A DNA stretch of 63,233 nt, the filler included, from Octopus bimaculoides (lineage: Eukaryota): NCBI RefSeq assembly GCF_001194135.2. It is 8 parts of 7 records of this genome, joined end to end, with 100 filler letters (N's around TTAATTAATTAA, not from the genome) between each part and the next. Parts side by side here need not be neighbours in the genome. Positions count along the whole stretch, not along the records: positions 5,470 to 14,168 come from NC_068981.1; positions 14,269 to 19,014 come from NC_068994.1; positions 19,115 to 45,428 come from NC_068982.1; 5 more parts are not named here. The stretch is one strand, 5' to 3'. The notes under the pieces are model-generated. The model was given only the letters and a program-made list of their open reading frames with translations, did not search any database and had not been told where the DNA came from. Shown here in pieces: positions 13,165 to 26,099 of the stretch (the first letter of the stretch is position 1; each line of letters starts with the position of its first letter). A program made the translations under genes and the position numbers.

Positions 13165-13441
13165 TGGTGCGTGGCTTAAGGGTTAGAGTATTCGGCTCGC
13201 GATCGTAAGGTCATGTGTTCGATCTCCAGCGGCGCGTTGTGTCCTTGAACAAGATTTTATTTTGCGTTGCTTCAGTTCATCGAGCCGGCAAATACAAGTC
13301 TTGTCACACTGTGTGTCACGCTGAATCTTCCAAAGAAATACTACGTTAAGAGTACACGTGTCTGTGGAGTACTCAGCCACTTGCACGTTAATCTCAGTTA
13401 ATTTCAAAGCTGCTCTATTGATCGGATCGACTGGAGTGCCA
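13165..13441 (+). mobile_element. SINE family C
   Basis: gtggcttaagggttagagtattcggctc...gttcgatc (A/B-box-like)...gtactcagccacttgcacgttaat. Confidence 0.85.
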
Positions 13442-13515
13442 ATTTTTATTAAGCCCACGTGTGCCTATCTCTTGCTTCTTTGGACATTTCATGTGATATA
13501 TGGAACAATTGTCGT

Positions 13516-13903
13516 GGCCCTCCGTCGGTTACGAGGGTTCCATTTGATCCGATCAATGGAACAGCCTGCTCATGAAATTTACATGTGAGTGGCTGAGCAC
13601 TCCACAGACACGTGTACCCTTAACGTAGTTCTCGAGGAGATTCAGCGTGACACAGTGTGACAAGGCTGGCCCCTTGAAATACAGGTACAACAAAAACAGG
13701 AAGAAAGAGTGAGTGAAAGTTGTGGTGAAAGAATACAACAGGGTTCACCACCATCCCCTGCCAGAGCCTCGTGGAGCTTTAAGTGTTTTCGCTCAATAAA
13801 CACTTTTTTGCTCAATAGACACTCACAATGCCGGGTCTGGGAATCGAGACTGCGATCCCACGACCGCGAGTCCGCTGCCCTAACCACTGGGCCATTGCGT
13901 CTC
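13516..13903 (-). mobile_element. SINE family C variant with a ~130-bp extra segment
   Basis: Reverse complement of the preceding copy, plus an insert at ~13690..13810. Confidence 0.85.
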
Positions 13904-14268
13904 CACTATGGAACAGTAATAATATACAGAATTTAAGCTACAGAAACCTCCGCCCGGCCCCTCTTGCTTTACAGAAACATTTTTATGAAAACGAATAAGC
14001 TTTAGCTTTAATTAAGTGTAATTAAGTTAATGATTAAATGTATAAGTAAGTTATAATAATTAAATTATAATTAAATTTAATTACAATCTTAATTGTGATT
14101 AAGTTCAATTATAAACTTAATTACAATTAAGTTATAACTTTAATCTTGGTGTGGATATGTAACTTAATNNNNNNNNNNNNNNNNNNNNNNNNNNNNNNNN
14201 NNNNNNNNNNNNTTAATTAATTAANNNNNNNNNNNNNNNNNNNNNNNNNNNNNNNNNNNNNNNNNNNN

Positions 14269-14302
<34 letters not shown>

Positions 14303-14490
14303 ATCCTTGGTTGACACACCCTCCTAAGTATGTTTCATGGTTGGTGAATGAGTCCATGTGTGTGTATGTGTGTTTGTTTATGCCTGCGTGTGTTCTTTTG
14401 AGCATGTATCCACGTGAGTTAGTGTTTATGTCTTGAAATATCACCGCATGTGTACGTGTTTTCATGTGTGTATGTGTGTGTTTATATACA

Positions 14491-14910
14491 TAGGTGTAGG
14501 AGTGGCTGTGTGGTAAGTAGCTTGCTTACCAACCACATGGTTCCGGGTTCAGTCCCACTACGTGGCACCTGGGGCAAGTGTCTTCTACTATGGCCTCGGG
14601 CCAACCAAAGCCTTGTAATTGGATTTGGTAGACGGAAACTGAAAGAAGCTCGTCGTATATATGTATACATATATATGTATGTGTGTGCATATTTTTGTGT
14701 GTCTGTGTTTGTCCCCTAACATCGCTTAACAACCGATGGTGGTGTATTTACGTCCCCGCAACTTAGTGGTTAGGCAAAATAGACCGATAGAATAAGTACT
14801 AGGCTTCCAAAGAATAAGTCCTGGAGTCGATTTGCTCGACTAAAGGCGGTGCTCCAGCATGGCCACAGTCAAATGACTGAAACAAGTAAAAGAGTAAAAG
14901 AGTAAGAGAG
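14491..14910 (+). mobile_element. SINE family B, near full length
   Basis: A-box-like tggctgtgtggtaag, B-box-like ggttcagtccc, accttgggcaagtg-type core, internal TA/TG repeat, and a gtaaaaga-type tail. Confidence 0.9.
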
Positions 14911-15799
14911 TATACGTACTTTTATAAATGCATACAAATGACTGAAACAAATAAAACAAAGAAGATAAAAGAATATATATATATATATATNNNNNNNNNN
15001 NNNNNNNNNNNNNNNNNNNNNNNNNNNNNNNNNNNNNNNNNNNNNNNNNNNNNNNNNNNNNNNNNNNNNNNNNNNNNNNNNNNNNNNNNNNNNNNNNNNN
15101 NNNNNNNNNNNNNNNNNNNNNNNNNNNNNNNNNNNNNNNNNNNNNNNNNNNNNNNNNNNNNNNNNNNNNNNNNNNNNNNNNNNNNNNNNNNNNNNNNNNN
15201 NNNNNNNNNNNNNNNNNNNNNNNNNNNNNNNNNNNNNNNNNNNNNNNNNNNNNNNNNNNNNNNNNNNNNNNNNNNNNNNNNNNNNNNNNNNNNNNNNNNN
15301 NNNNNNNNNNNNNNNNNNNNNNNNNNNNNNNNNNNNNNNNNNNNNNNNNNNNNNNNNNNNNNNNNNNNNNNNNNNNNNNNNNNNNNNNNNNNNNNNNNNN
15401 NNNNNNNNNNNNNNNNNNNNNNNNNNNNNNNNNNNNNNNNNNNNNNNNNNNNNNNNNNNNNNNNNNNNNNNNNNNNNNNNNNNNNNNNNNNNNNNNNNNN
15501 NNNNNNNNNNNNNNNNNNNNNNNNNNNNNNNNNNNNNNNNNNNNNNNNNNNNNNNNNNNNNNNNNNNNNNNNNNNNNNNNNNNNNNNNNNNNNNNNNNNN
15601 NNNNNNNNNNNNNNNNNNNNNNNNNNNNNNNNNNNNNNNNNNNNNNNNNNNNNNNNNNNNNNNNNNNNNNNNNNNNNNNNNNNNNNNNNNNNNNNNNNNN
15701 NNNNNNNNNNNNNNNNNNNNNNNNNNNNNNNNNNNNNNNNNNNNNNNNNNNNNNNNNNNNNNNNNNNNNNNNNNNNNNNNNNNNNNNNNNNNNNNNNNN

Positions 15800-15990
15800 T
15801 ATATACGTGTCTATATATGTATGTGTCTATATATGTATATGTATATATGTATATGTATATATATATATATGTATATATATGTATATATATGCATATATAT
15901 ATATAATATATATATATATATATGCATATATATATATATTATATATATATTATATATATATACATACATACATACATACATATATATACA

Positions 15991-16025
<35 letters not shown>

Positions 16026-17006
16026 GTATGTATATATGTATGTATGTATGTATGTATGTGTGCATGTATCTATGCATGTATGTATATATGTACATATATA
16101 AATACACGACGGTCTTCTGCACTGATTCCTAGTACCCAGCTCATTGGCCCTAGTCTGTTAAGGGCTACAGTAGAAGCAATGCAGCAAAAAGAAAATAATA
16201 ATAATAATAGTAATGAAATTTTCATTGGTAATGAAAATATGACTGTTTGATACATGTGGTCAAAAAAACACCGAGTGAGGTAATATGTAGATAAAGCTGA
16301 GGGGAAAATGGCGGAGAAAATGAATTAGAAATGAGAAGAAATGGTGGCGTAGAAGTATTAAATGTGGTGGTGATGGGCTATGAAAGTGGTGCAAGTATGT
16401 AGGTGATATGGCAAATAACAAGAATAATAATAAAATTTGGAGACTGATATAAAGGTGTTAAAGCAGACACGGTAGCTGTTGCACAAGTGGTAATGAAAAT
16501 ATGGTTGTTTGATATAAGTGGAAAAGAAAACATGCCGAGTGAGGTAAAATGTAAAAAAAGCAGAGGGGAAAATGGCAGAGAAAATGGATAAGAAATAAAG
16601 AGAACTGGCGGCGTAATGTATAGTGATGAGTTGTGAAAATTGTGCAAGTATTTAGGTGATAGTAGAAATAGTGGTATTTTAAGGAAAATGTGTTACTCTT
16701 TTTTCCTACTTTCAAAGTCGACCTACGTCCACCCAGTGTAGAGAACTACACTAACAAACATGAAAGCTGATATAAATAAATATCATTTCGCGAATAAACA
16801 CACATATACACGTATATAAATGCATACACATACACGCGCATATATGCAGACATACTCGCACGCACACACACACACACACACACATGTATATACGTATGTG
16901 CGTCTGTGTGTATGTATAAATACTACATATACATAAGCATTTATATAAATACATGTACGTATATACATTGTGTGTGAGTGTATGTATATATATTCGCACC
17001 GAACGC

Positions 17007-17065
<59 letters not shown>

Positions 17066-17095
17066 TTCATACATACATACATACAAAGAGAGACA

Positions 17096-17159
<64 letters not shown>

Positions 17160-17313
17160 GAGGGAGGGAGAGAGGGGAGAGATACGCACAGGAACGTACA
17201 TTTCGTCTAAAACGAATACTTTGTCATACATAGTCATGGTAGACTTATCGGCACACAGACAAAAGCATGCATGTATGTATGTATATATGCATATATATGT
17301 GTGTGTATATATT

Positions 17314-17378
<65 letters not shown>

Positions 17379-17764
17379 TCTGTGTCTCTGTCTCTCTCAC
17401 GCCCTTTTTATAAATGTATGTTTGCCTTTTATATAAACGTGTTGAAATAAACAAACGTAGATCCGCACATATTTATACACTCGTGTTTATATATTCAAGA
17501 CTCATATATTGATGATATAATGCGAAAACGGTTAAACATATGTGTGCGAGATATGGGTGTATGTACATACATACATGCATACATGCATGCATACATACAT
17601 ACATACATTGTGATAAATGCAAATGCCTACATATAGCTCTAATGGCTTTATGAATGTCTTTCAATATGTGTGTGTATATATGTACATATACACATATATA
17701 TGTCTGTGTGTGTGCATGTATGTATGTACATATACGTATATATTCACAAACATATATACATACA

Positions 17765-17803
<39 letters not shown>

Positions 17804-18050
17804 GTGTGTGTATTGTGTGTATGTATATACATATGTACGTATGTCTGTGTTTATAATGATATATGTTGATATACACATGTATATACATAAATATATATAT
17901 GTATGTATATGCATATACATGTGATATACACATGTATATACATAAATATATATATGTATGTATATGCATATACATGTGTGCATATATGTATATATACACA
18001 TAGACATATACATACATATACGTATATTGCATTCATGCATACGTACTTGA
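15800..18050. repeat. TA/CA/GA low-complexity microsatellite field
   Basis: Direct reading; source of many spurious Y/I/C/V-rich ORFs. Confidence 0.95.
16227..16661. repeat. Diverged tandem duplication, period 262 bp
   Basis: ggtaatgaaaatatg at 16227 and 16489, followed by parallel ccgagtgaggtaa...gaggggaaaatggc...gtgcaagtat.taggtgata. Confidence 0.85.
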
Positions 18051-18561
18051 GAATTGCTTTAGTATGTTAAGCAAATATGCCCGGCCGTAAAAACGCTTAA
18101 AATCTTTATAAAAACACCCTCATCCCCCACCACCACCACCAATAACAACAACAACCGTCACAATCTTTCTCCTTTCACACCATATCCACACCGTCTCTAT
18201 CACCTCCACCACCACGAAACGTACTAACTACTTTAATACAATCCGGCATCCATTACTGTACCACCCTGAATAGGCGGCAAAAACCGCGGCGAATCGAAAT
18301 ATAAAGAGTTCTCAAGAGACAGGAAAAGGAGTAAAGAAAAATCGATATATTTCTCACAGCTGTGGCTTTATCTCGTGTCAAAATTTTAAAAACCTGTGCC
18401 GTCTGCATGAAATTATTGTTACGTAAACACTGGTGCTTAAGGAATTAAAATTAAGTAACTAATATTGGTAAATAAATAGGAAAAAGTATGCGTTTAAAAT
18501 ATCTAATGTGACCAGCCGGACGCCATGTTTAATTAATCAAGACTAATATATTAATATAGAA

Positions 18562-18790
18562 GGCAGCGAGCTGGCAGAAACGTTAGCACGCCGGGCGAAA
18601 TGCTTAGCGGTATTTCGTCTGCCGCTACGTTCTGAGTTCAAATTCCGCCGAGGTCGACTTTGCCTTTCATCCTTTCGGGGTCGATTAAATAAGTACCAGC
18701 TACGCACTGGGGTCGATATAATCGACTTAATCCGTTTGTCTGTCCTTGTTTGTCCCCTCTGTGTGTAGCCCCTTGTGGGTAGTAATGAAA
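18562..18790 (+). mobile_element. SINE family A, well preserved
   Basis: gagctggcagaaacgttagc...gagttcaaattcc (B-box-like)...gtcgactttgcctttcatcctttcggggtcgat...aagtaccag. The central block resembles, from memory, the conserved domain of Sauria/Meta-type SINEs. Confidence 0.9.
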
Positions 18791-18943
18791 TTAAGACTAA
18801 TATATTGGCGAGAAAGAGAGAGAAAGGGAGAAATATTGGTGAACACTTGATTGGATAAACCAAATGACAAGGGCACACACTCAAAATCAAATGTGCTTGT
18901 ATGTGGTATCAATGTCCTTCACACACACACACAAACACGCAGG

Positions 18944-19014
<71 letters not shown>

Positions 19015-21471
19015 NNNNNNNNNNNNNNNNNNNNNNNNNNNNNNNNNNNNNNNNNNNNTTAATTAATTAANNNNNNNNNNNNNNNNNNNNNNNNNNNNNN
19101 NNNNNNNNNNNNNNTATACATACATACATATAATGTGTGTATATTATACATTATTCTAATTCTGCATTGATATGCTTGCTGCCATTTATAAAGCATTGAA
19201 TGCTGGATGCTGAGCAAAATAAATAAATGACTGAAATCAAGTCGTAGACAGCCCAACATTACTATTTACCATGTTTTCATCTGATGAATTATCAAAATCA
19301 AAATAAAGACCACTTGTAAAAATATTGCCTATATAGCTCCAGAAACAGGAATGCACAGCAGAGACGTTTACCATGATGCAAAAAAAAAAAGATAAAGAAA
19401 GAAAAAATAGCTTAGGATATAAAAGGTAAGTGCAGATAAAAATAAAGTGAAATAAATTAAGTTAAATAAGACATAAAACACCACTATAAAAGATAGATGA
19501 AATAAACTGAGCATATGTAAACACATACACAAGCAGCTGCATAAATCACAAATAATTACTAATATACATTCTAACTAGCAAAAGTAAATGGAATGTGTAC
19601 TTTTGAGTTTTAGAGAAAATCATTTGGAAATGTCATCGTCATCATCATCGTTGTCGCCATTGTCATCATCATCATCATTTCAATGTCATTTTTGCTATGT
19701 TTGTATGGCTCAGATAGAATTTGATGCGACAGATATTCTCCAGCCTGATGCCCTTCCTCCAGCTTCTGTCAACCAAATCCACTAACAAGGCTTTGGTCAA
19801 CCTGGGGTTATAGCAGAAGACACTTGCACTAGTGAAATTGAACTCAGAATTACGTGGTTGGAAAGTAAGCACTTCTTAACCAACCACACACCCATGTCAC
19901 CCACCATCATCATCATCAATTATTAATTTTATTACTAATTGACGATTCCCTGCCCTATATATCTATATTTATATATATATATATATATATATATACATAC
20001 ATANNNNNNNNNNNNNNNNNNNNNNNNNNNNNNNNNNNNNNNNNNNNNNNNNNNNNNNNNNNNNNNNNNNNNNNNNNNNNNNNNNNNNNNNNNNNNNNNN
20101 NNNNNNNNNNNNNNNNNNNNNNNNNNNNNNNNNNNNNNNNNNNNNNNNNNNNNNNNNNNNNNNNNNNNNNNNNCGGTACTGGCAATGGCCACGTTCAAAA
20201 TGGTGCATTTTATGTGCCACCCGCACAAGAGCCAGTCCAGGGGCACTGGCAACGATCTCGCTCGAAAATCCTACGAAGGCCAGTCAGGCGGTACTGGCAA
20301 CAGCCACGTTCAAAATGGTGTATTTTATGTGCCACCCGCACAAGAGCCAGTCCAGGGGCACTGGCAACGATCTCGCTCGAAAATCCTTACACATGTCACG
20401 GGCACATATATATATATAGGGAGAGAGAGAAAGAGAGATTCTGTAAAAAGGTTAATATGAGAGTTAAAGATATCTTTAGTATACATCAATATCATATAAA
20501 GAAATGAAGTAAAATATGCATCTGACCTTTTGATGCAAAATTTTGAATTAGATTAAAACTTAAATTATTTCTGCTGTTTGGGATAAAAAATGCATGATGT
20601 ATAAATTTATGTTCAGGGCAAGATAAAAATACTAACATAAGCAGTTTATACTATTTATAATCTATAGATGTTTTAAAATATTCTTTTTTATACATCACTA
20701 TTTATGCATACAACAAGAGATTAGTTCAGAATTTCTGTTGAGGAGTGAAAGATTTTAGAACAATACTTCGTATATATTAAAATACATGTATAAAATGAAC
20801 GCGGTTTAATTGACTGTTTGTGTGGGTTTAATTGAATATTTGTGTGGGTTTTAGTGACACAAATCAATTTCCACTTATTTTTATATTTTACTTCTTATTT
20901 TTAAGGTCTCCCTGTAACCACGCAAACTAGTTTGGAATTTGTAACGTTCTGGGAAAGTGTGCCTGTAGTGCACAGCTTGAGCAAACAGACAATTAATCCA
21001 ATATAAGATTTTAACATAGTTTCCATGTTAACTGCCAGACAATAAGCAATTCCTTTGGAGATACATTTACAGTCGAGTGAATATTCTACCAGACATGTTA
21101 CAAAGTTCGTTCATTTTGGGTAATGGAGTAACTAAATAGTTTAGTTTGATTTATGTTAAATAAACATAGTATAAAATTTGGTGTGAATGAATAGAAATGT
21201 TCTACAAACATTTTATGCTATGTGGCCAAGGAAAGAGTTTTCTAGAGTAGTTTAAAGAATGTTTGGGTCACAGAGGGAAAACTCTTTAATTCAAAGGAGA
21301 GTTGTACAATGTGATATTTTGTCATATATTGGCTTTATTGTAAGTTTGTGTGTTGTTATGTGTATGCATCTTATTTTTCTAATGTTATATTATAATATTT
21401 TGTTGTAATGATCTAATGCGTTATTGAAATATTCTGGAAGACAGGTTGGATATACATAGAGAGAAGAATTT

Positions 21472-21696
21472 ACGTAAGTCCAGCTCTGTGATGGTACTCT
21501 CAGTGATTTTTGGCAGTCTGTTGTGAAACTAAGGTCTTTGTCATGGTTGCCTATGACCTGCCACATTGCATAATCCAATACAATTGCAAACAAGCAAGGT
21601 GCAAGTCTATCGCCTTGTAGCAACACATCTGGTATTTGAAAGGTCTGGTCTTCTCATAAATCTTTGCAATGGCAAGAACTAGCTATTCTGGAGCAC

Positions 21697-21697
<1 letters not shown>
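21472..21697 (-). mobile_element. Inverted 5' part of an RTE-group LINE (RT domain 4 up to the catalytic motif)
   Basis: FQIPDVLLQGDRLAPCLFAIVLDYAM...SLRVP, then after a frameshift TELD(L), equivalent to TDLDFADD. Confidence 0.8.
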
Positions 21698-21739
<42 letters not shown>

Positions 21740-21968
21740 TTAACGTCCACTTACCATGCTAGCACGGGTTGGACGATTTGACTGAGGACTGGTGAACCAG
21801 ATGGCTACACCAGGCTCCAATCTGATTTGGCAGAGTTTCTACAGCTGGATGCCCTTCCTAACGCCAACCACTCTGAGAGTGTAGTGGGTGCTTTTACGTG
21901 CCACCGGCACGAAGGTCATTCAGGAGGTACTGGCAACGGCCACGCTCGAAATGGTGCATTTTACGTGC
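21698..21968 (-). mobile_element. Family D short retroelement with (GAT)n tail
   Basis: gttggcgttaggaagggcatccagctgtagaaac...ggacgttaaatgatgatg on the minus strand. Confidence 0.85.
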
Positions 21969-22660
21969 CAGATCAAGCACAACTGCTGCTCGTGAGAATA
22001 GAAATATCAGCTGCTAAAAGTGGATCGCACACAAATGTAAAGAAAACTGAATACATGTCTTTCAACAAATCAAGTGATGCTGAACTGTTTGCTTTGAGTG
22101 GTTCCAAATTAAATGTTGCTGAAGACTTGAAGTACTTGGGTGGTTGGGTGAGCAGTTCAGAAACAGACATCAAGGTCAGAAAAGCACGAGCATGGACAGC
22201 CAGTCACAAACTAAAGGTCTGGAACTTTTACCCCAGCAAATCAAAATCAAGCTGTTCATTGCAACTGTCGAATCAGTGCTATTATATGGTAGTGAAACAT
22301 GGACACTGACAAAGAAATTATAGAACAGGCTTAATGGATGCTACAAACGACCCTAAATATGAAATGACAGCAACATATGACAAATATTTTTATGGAGACC
22401 TGTCAAAAGTTAGCCAGAAGATTAGGCAAAGACAGCTGTGACTATCTGGTCACTGCATGAACCACCCTGCTCTGGAAGCATCCAAGTTAGTCTTGTGGAA
22501 CCCACTTCATGGTGATGTAAGAAGAGGAAAACGTCATCACACATTAATTGCAAGCACTGGCCTGGAATTATCCAGGGCTTCGAGGCAGTGATGATGGACC
22601 TAGAAGTTGCCAGGGGAACTCAGTTGCTGTGTGCCTGGGTTGGAACCCAGCCACAAAAAA
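21969..22660 (+). mobile_element. 3' part of an RTE-group LINE (RT domains 5-7 and C-terminus), decayed
   Basis: DQAQLLLVRIEISAAKSG...KKTEYM...KYLGGWVSSSETDIKVRKARAW...IATVESVLLYGSETWTL...LYGDL.KVSQKIRQRQL*LSGHCMNHP...KLVLWNP. A-rich 3' end. Confidence 0.85.
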
Positions 22661-24694
22661 TAAAAATAAAAAAATTAAAAATTAACGTAAAACATTATTA
22701 GAATGATTGGATGGTCATGTAATACAATAACTTATCTGGTTTCCCTTTCAAGGAGTCTTGAGAATTCCCTAAGCTGAACAAAACATCAGGATAATTTACT
22801 ATCTGGAGTTACATTCGATTGTTATCTATATTTCTAAGAATAAGGTTGTCCTTGTATAAGCTTCTGAGTATATCTGTAAACTTGGCATTTAAGTGGTGAA
22901 GAGTATAATATAGTCCCATGATATTGTTCACTTCTGCTCTGAAATTATGTAGAAACTTTAAATAGTGAAAGATATATTAAAGTTCTGTGATACTGTTCAC
23001 CTCTCTTGAACTCTTTGCTCCTATACTTATGTCAAACAGAAGGTTCATGCATTTATTAATCTATATAGTGTTATTATATAATAATATATCTCCTTGATGC
23101 ATAGATTTATATCAGTTTCAAAATTAATGATTGATGAAAACGTCTTTGCGAAATCTAATACATCCATCAACAGAGGTTATGAAACTGGTGAGTATTAGTT
23201 CTGTGTATGAAGTTACATGAATTTGCAGTTTTATTTGTTATATATGGATTTAAACTATGAAATAACTATATTGGAATTATTCTAAAGGGATAAATAAGAA
23301 GCTCCTTTGATTTGGGAATTATCTTACCGATGATGGACTCATTAATTATTTCAATATCAGTTTTGGTTGAGTTGATAGGCTATTGAAAGAACTGGATTAA
23401 TGATCCTTAAAAGTAATGTATGGATTTGCAATTCTGAAAATTCTTTCCTCTCTTCAATTTCTAGTTAGACTGCTGCATTTTTCTGCATAATTAATAGCAT
23501 GTAAAGTTATCAAGCAGGTAATTTTACAATCATTCGCAACTGTGATGGAATGAAATTTATGGATGAGTAATTGATTTCATGGGTATTTTTGTTTCATCTG
23601 AGGAAATAAGTTTATTTTTATCTTTAAACTGAACATCTTGTATTTCAAATTTGAGTTTTTCTATAAAATTTTTCAAATTTTTTTTTTTTTTAACTTGGTA
23701 TTTCTAAACATTTGAGACAAATCATTCTCAAATTATTGTAATATTATATTTGACAGGAGTTACTTTGAAAGCCACATTTTGGGTTTGCACAATATTAGTG
23801 TGTCTTTCTACATGACTTTCCACCCAAATTTTTTGATAAAGTGTAAAATTTCCGTATAAGATAGTGTTTGTTTGAAGGGAAAGAAATATTCTTAGTTGAT
23901 AAATCAATGTGGCTTTTCTACCGTTTTCAATTTGATGCAACTGTATTGCAACAATGCTCAACAGGAAAGGAAGGTATTAATACTTTAAATTGCATAGGTG
24001 TGCATTCGCTCACAGTTATAAAGAACTTAATCCAATAGGCAGGACAAAATAAATAAGTAATTATTTAAATAATTTGAGGTAAATTATAACATTAAATAGG
24101 TATTGATTTGTTTTCCTAAACCATGCAAGCATTCAGACAGGCCCTATTTGCATTGTAGATTCAAAGAATACAGAGTATAACTCTAAAATCTTCCACTTCC
24201 TTGCAGTAATTCCGAACTAATCTCTAGCTGATAGTGTTGATAGTGAAAAGTATTTCTTTTTTTTGAACTAAATTTATAATATTTTCTACAGGAGGCACAA
24301 GGCCTCCAAATTGTTTTGGAGGGGAACTAGTCGATTACATCAAACAATGCTGTATGCTATCACTCAGGTGATTAGTGGAAGGGTGGTGAAGAGAAAGAGA
24401 GAAATGTTAAAGATATGAAGAGAGGAAGTACATGGTTAAAAAGATTTATTGAAAAAGTAGAGAGAAAGAGAGAAATATAAAGTGCTTAGCAGAGGGAAAT
24501 TTTTAAATCATATAATATGTTATTGTGTCTGAAAATGAAATAACTTAGCAAAATAAAAATAAGAATGTAAATCATCTTTTCGTTCTTAAATATCTTCTCT
24601 CAATCTTTTTCATTCTGTGGAATTACCACGGGTCCCATTAGCATAATATGATATAACATAATTTGATGTAATATAATACAGTATACAGGTCCAT

Positions 24695-24850
24695 AAGGTG
24701 GTGAGCTGGCAGAATTTTTACTGTGTCAGGCAAAATGCTTAGCAATATTTCGTCCCTCTTTACGTACTGAGTCCCAATTCTGCTGAGGTCGACTTTGCCT
24801 TACTCCATCCCCCGAAATTGCTGGCCTTGTGCCAAAATTTGAAACTAATA
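24695..24850 (+). mobile_element. SINE family A, internally deleted
   Basis: ggtggtgagctggcagaa...gaggtcgactttgcctt. Confidence 0.75.
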
Positions 24851-25603
24851 TACAAACCCATGTTATTTAAAATTTTAATCCTAGCCTTAGCATTATTTCA
24901 TTTCCCGATATTTAATGCAGTATATCATTTTATTATCTTAATCTGCCTGTGCATACAAATATTTCTTTCTATTCTATCTGTTACCAGAAATTCGAACCCC
25001 TTACTATAAATTTAATTCTTGACGATTTGACTATATCACACACTGAAATGGAATACGTTAGCATTACATCAAGCACAATCATATTAAGTTAATGAGACGG
25101 CTTTGATTAATGTGTGATTTATAAATGAATTTAACAAATCAAATCCGTTTTCAAATGCAGCACTTCTCACATTACTTGACGTAACATGGAAGCTGGCATG
25201 GCCAAGTGGCAAAGAAGTTCGCTTTGCAGTCATGAGATTCCAGGTTCAATCCCACTTCGTGGCATCTATGGTAAATCTCTTTTACCATAGCTTCGGATTA
25301 AGCTAGTCATAGTGAGTGAAACTGTGTGGAATCCCTTCAGATGGATTGTATTTGCAATTCAAAACGCCAACATTATGTCATGTTGTATTTACATGAGTTA
25401 TGTGAAGAGCACGTATGTCTGTAGAATATTCAGCCATTTGCACTCCAAGAGCAAGCAACTTCAGTTGATCGAACAACTAGAACACTCATCGTAGAAACAA
25501 ACGGAGGATATATTTACTTTTAATTATTTAATCTACACCTTATGTATTCGAAATTTTGCATAACACACACCGATTTTTTTCTTTCTTTATTAAAATACCC
25601 TAA

Positions 25604-25790
25604 AGGCGTGGGTGCGTAGTAAGAAGTTTGCTTCCCATTCACATGGTTTCAGGTTCAGTCCCACTGCGTAGAAACTTGTCTTCTACCATGTCTTCTACCA
25701 TGTCTTCTACCATGGCCTCGGGCCAACCGAAATCGTGTTAAATTGATTTGGTAGACGGAAACTGAAAGAAGCCTGTCATATATACATGCA
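25604..25790 (+). mobile_element. SINE family B 5' half with an internal 12-bp triplication
   Basis: tgtcttctacca x3 at 25677..25712. Confidence 0.8.
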
Positions 25791-26099
25791 AATACTAGTT
25801 GCACTCGTGTGATAAAATTTTAATTAAAGACTACACTAGCGGTCTAAAAACAGTTAAGGAATCATTACCCCAGATTTCGGGCTCGTCAATGTTCAGTTTA
25901 CTCAGAAAATGCTTAGGGACATGTTTAATTAGATTGGTTTCCAATAGATATTAAACGAGGACAGTCGTGGTATACTCAGATGCGACTACATTATGGGTTC
26001 TTACTAGAGTAGATTACTAAAATTTCCTTTTTTTTAAAATTATGTATTTTTCAATTTGTGTTTGATTTTTATATAATTATTTGTTTATTTTGTTACCCT

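Noticed and set aside
13165-13240. tRNA-like A/B boxes here and at other SINE heads
   Set aside because: No complete cloverleaf; each continues into SINE body sequence. The tRNA-Trp matches at 31.2 kb are only 12-21 nt PBS copies.
18250-18275. accaccctgaa matching 5S rRNA
   Set aside because: 11-nt match only; flanks are unrelated.
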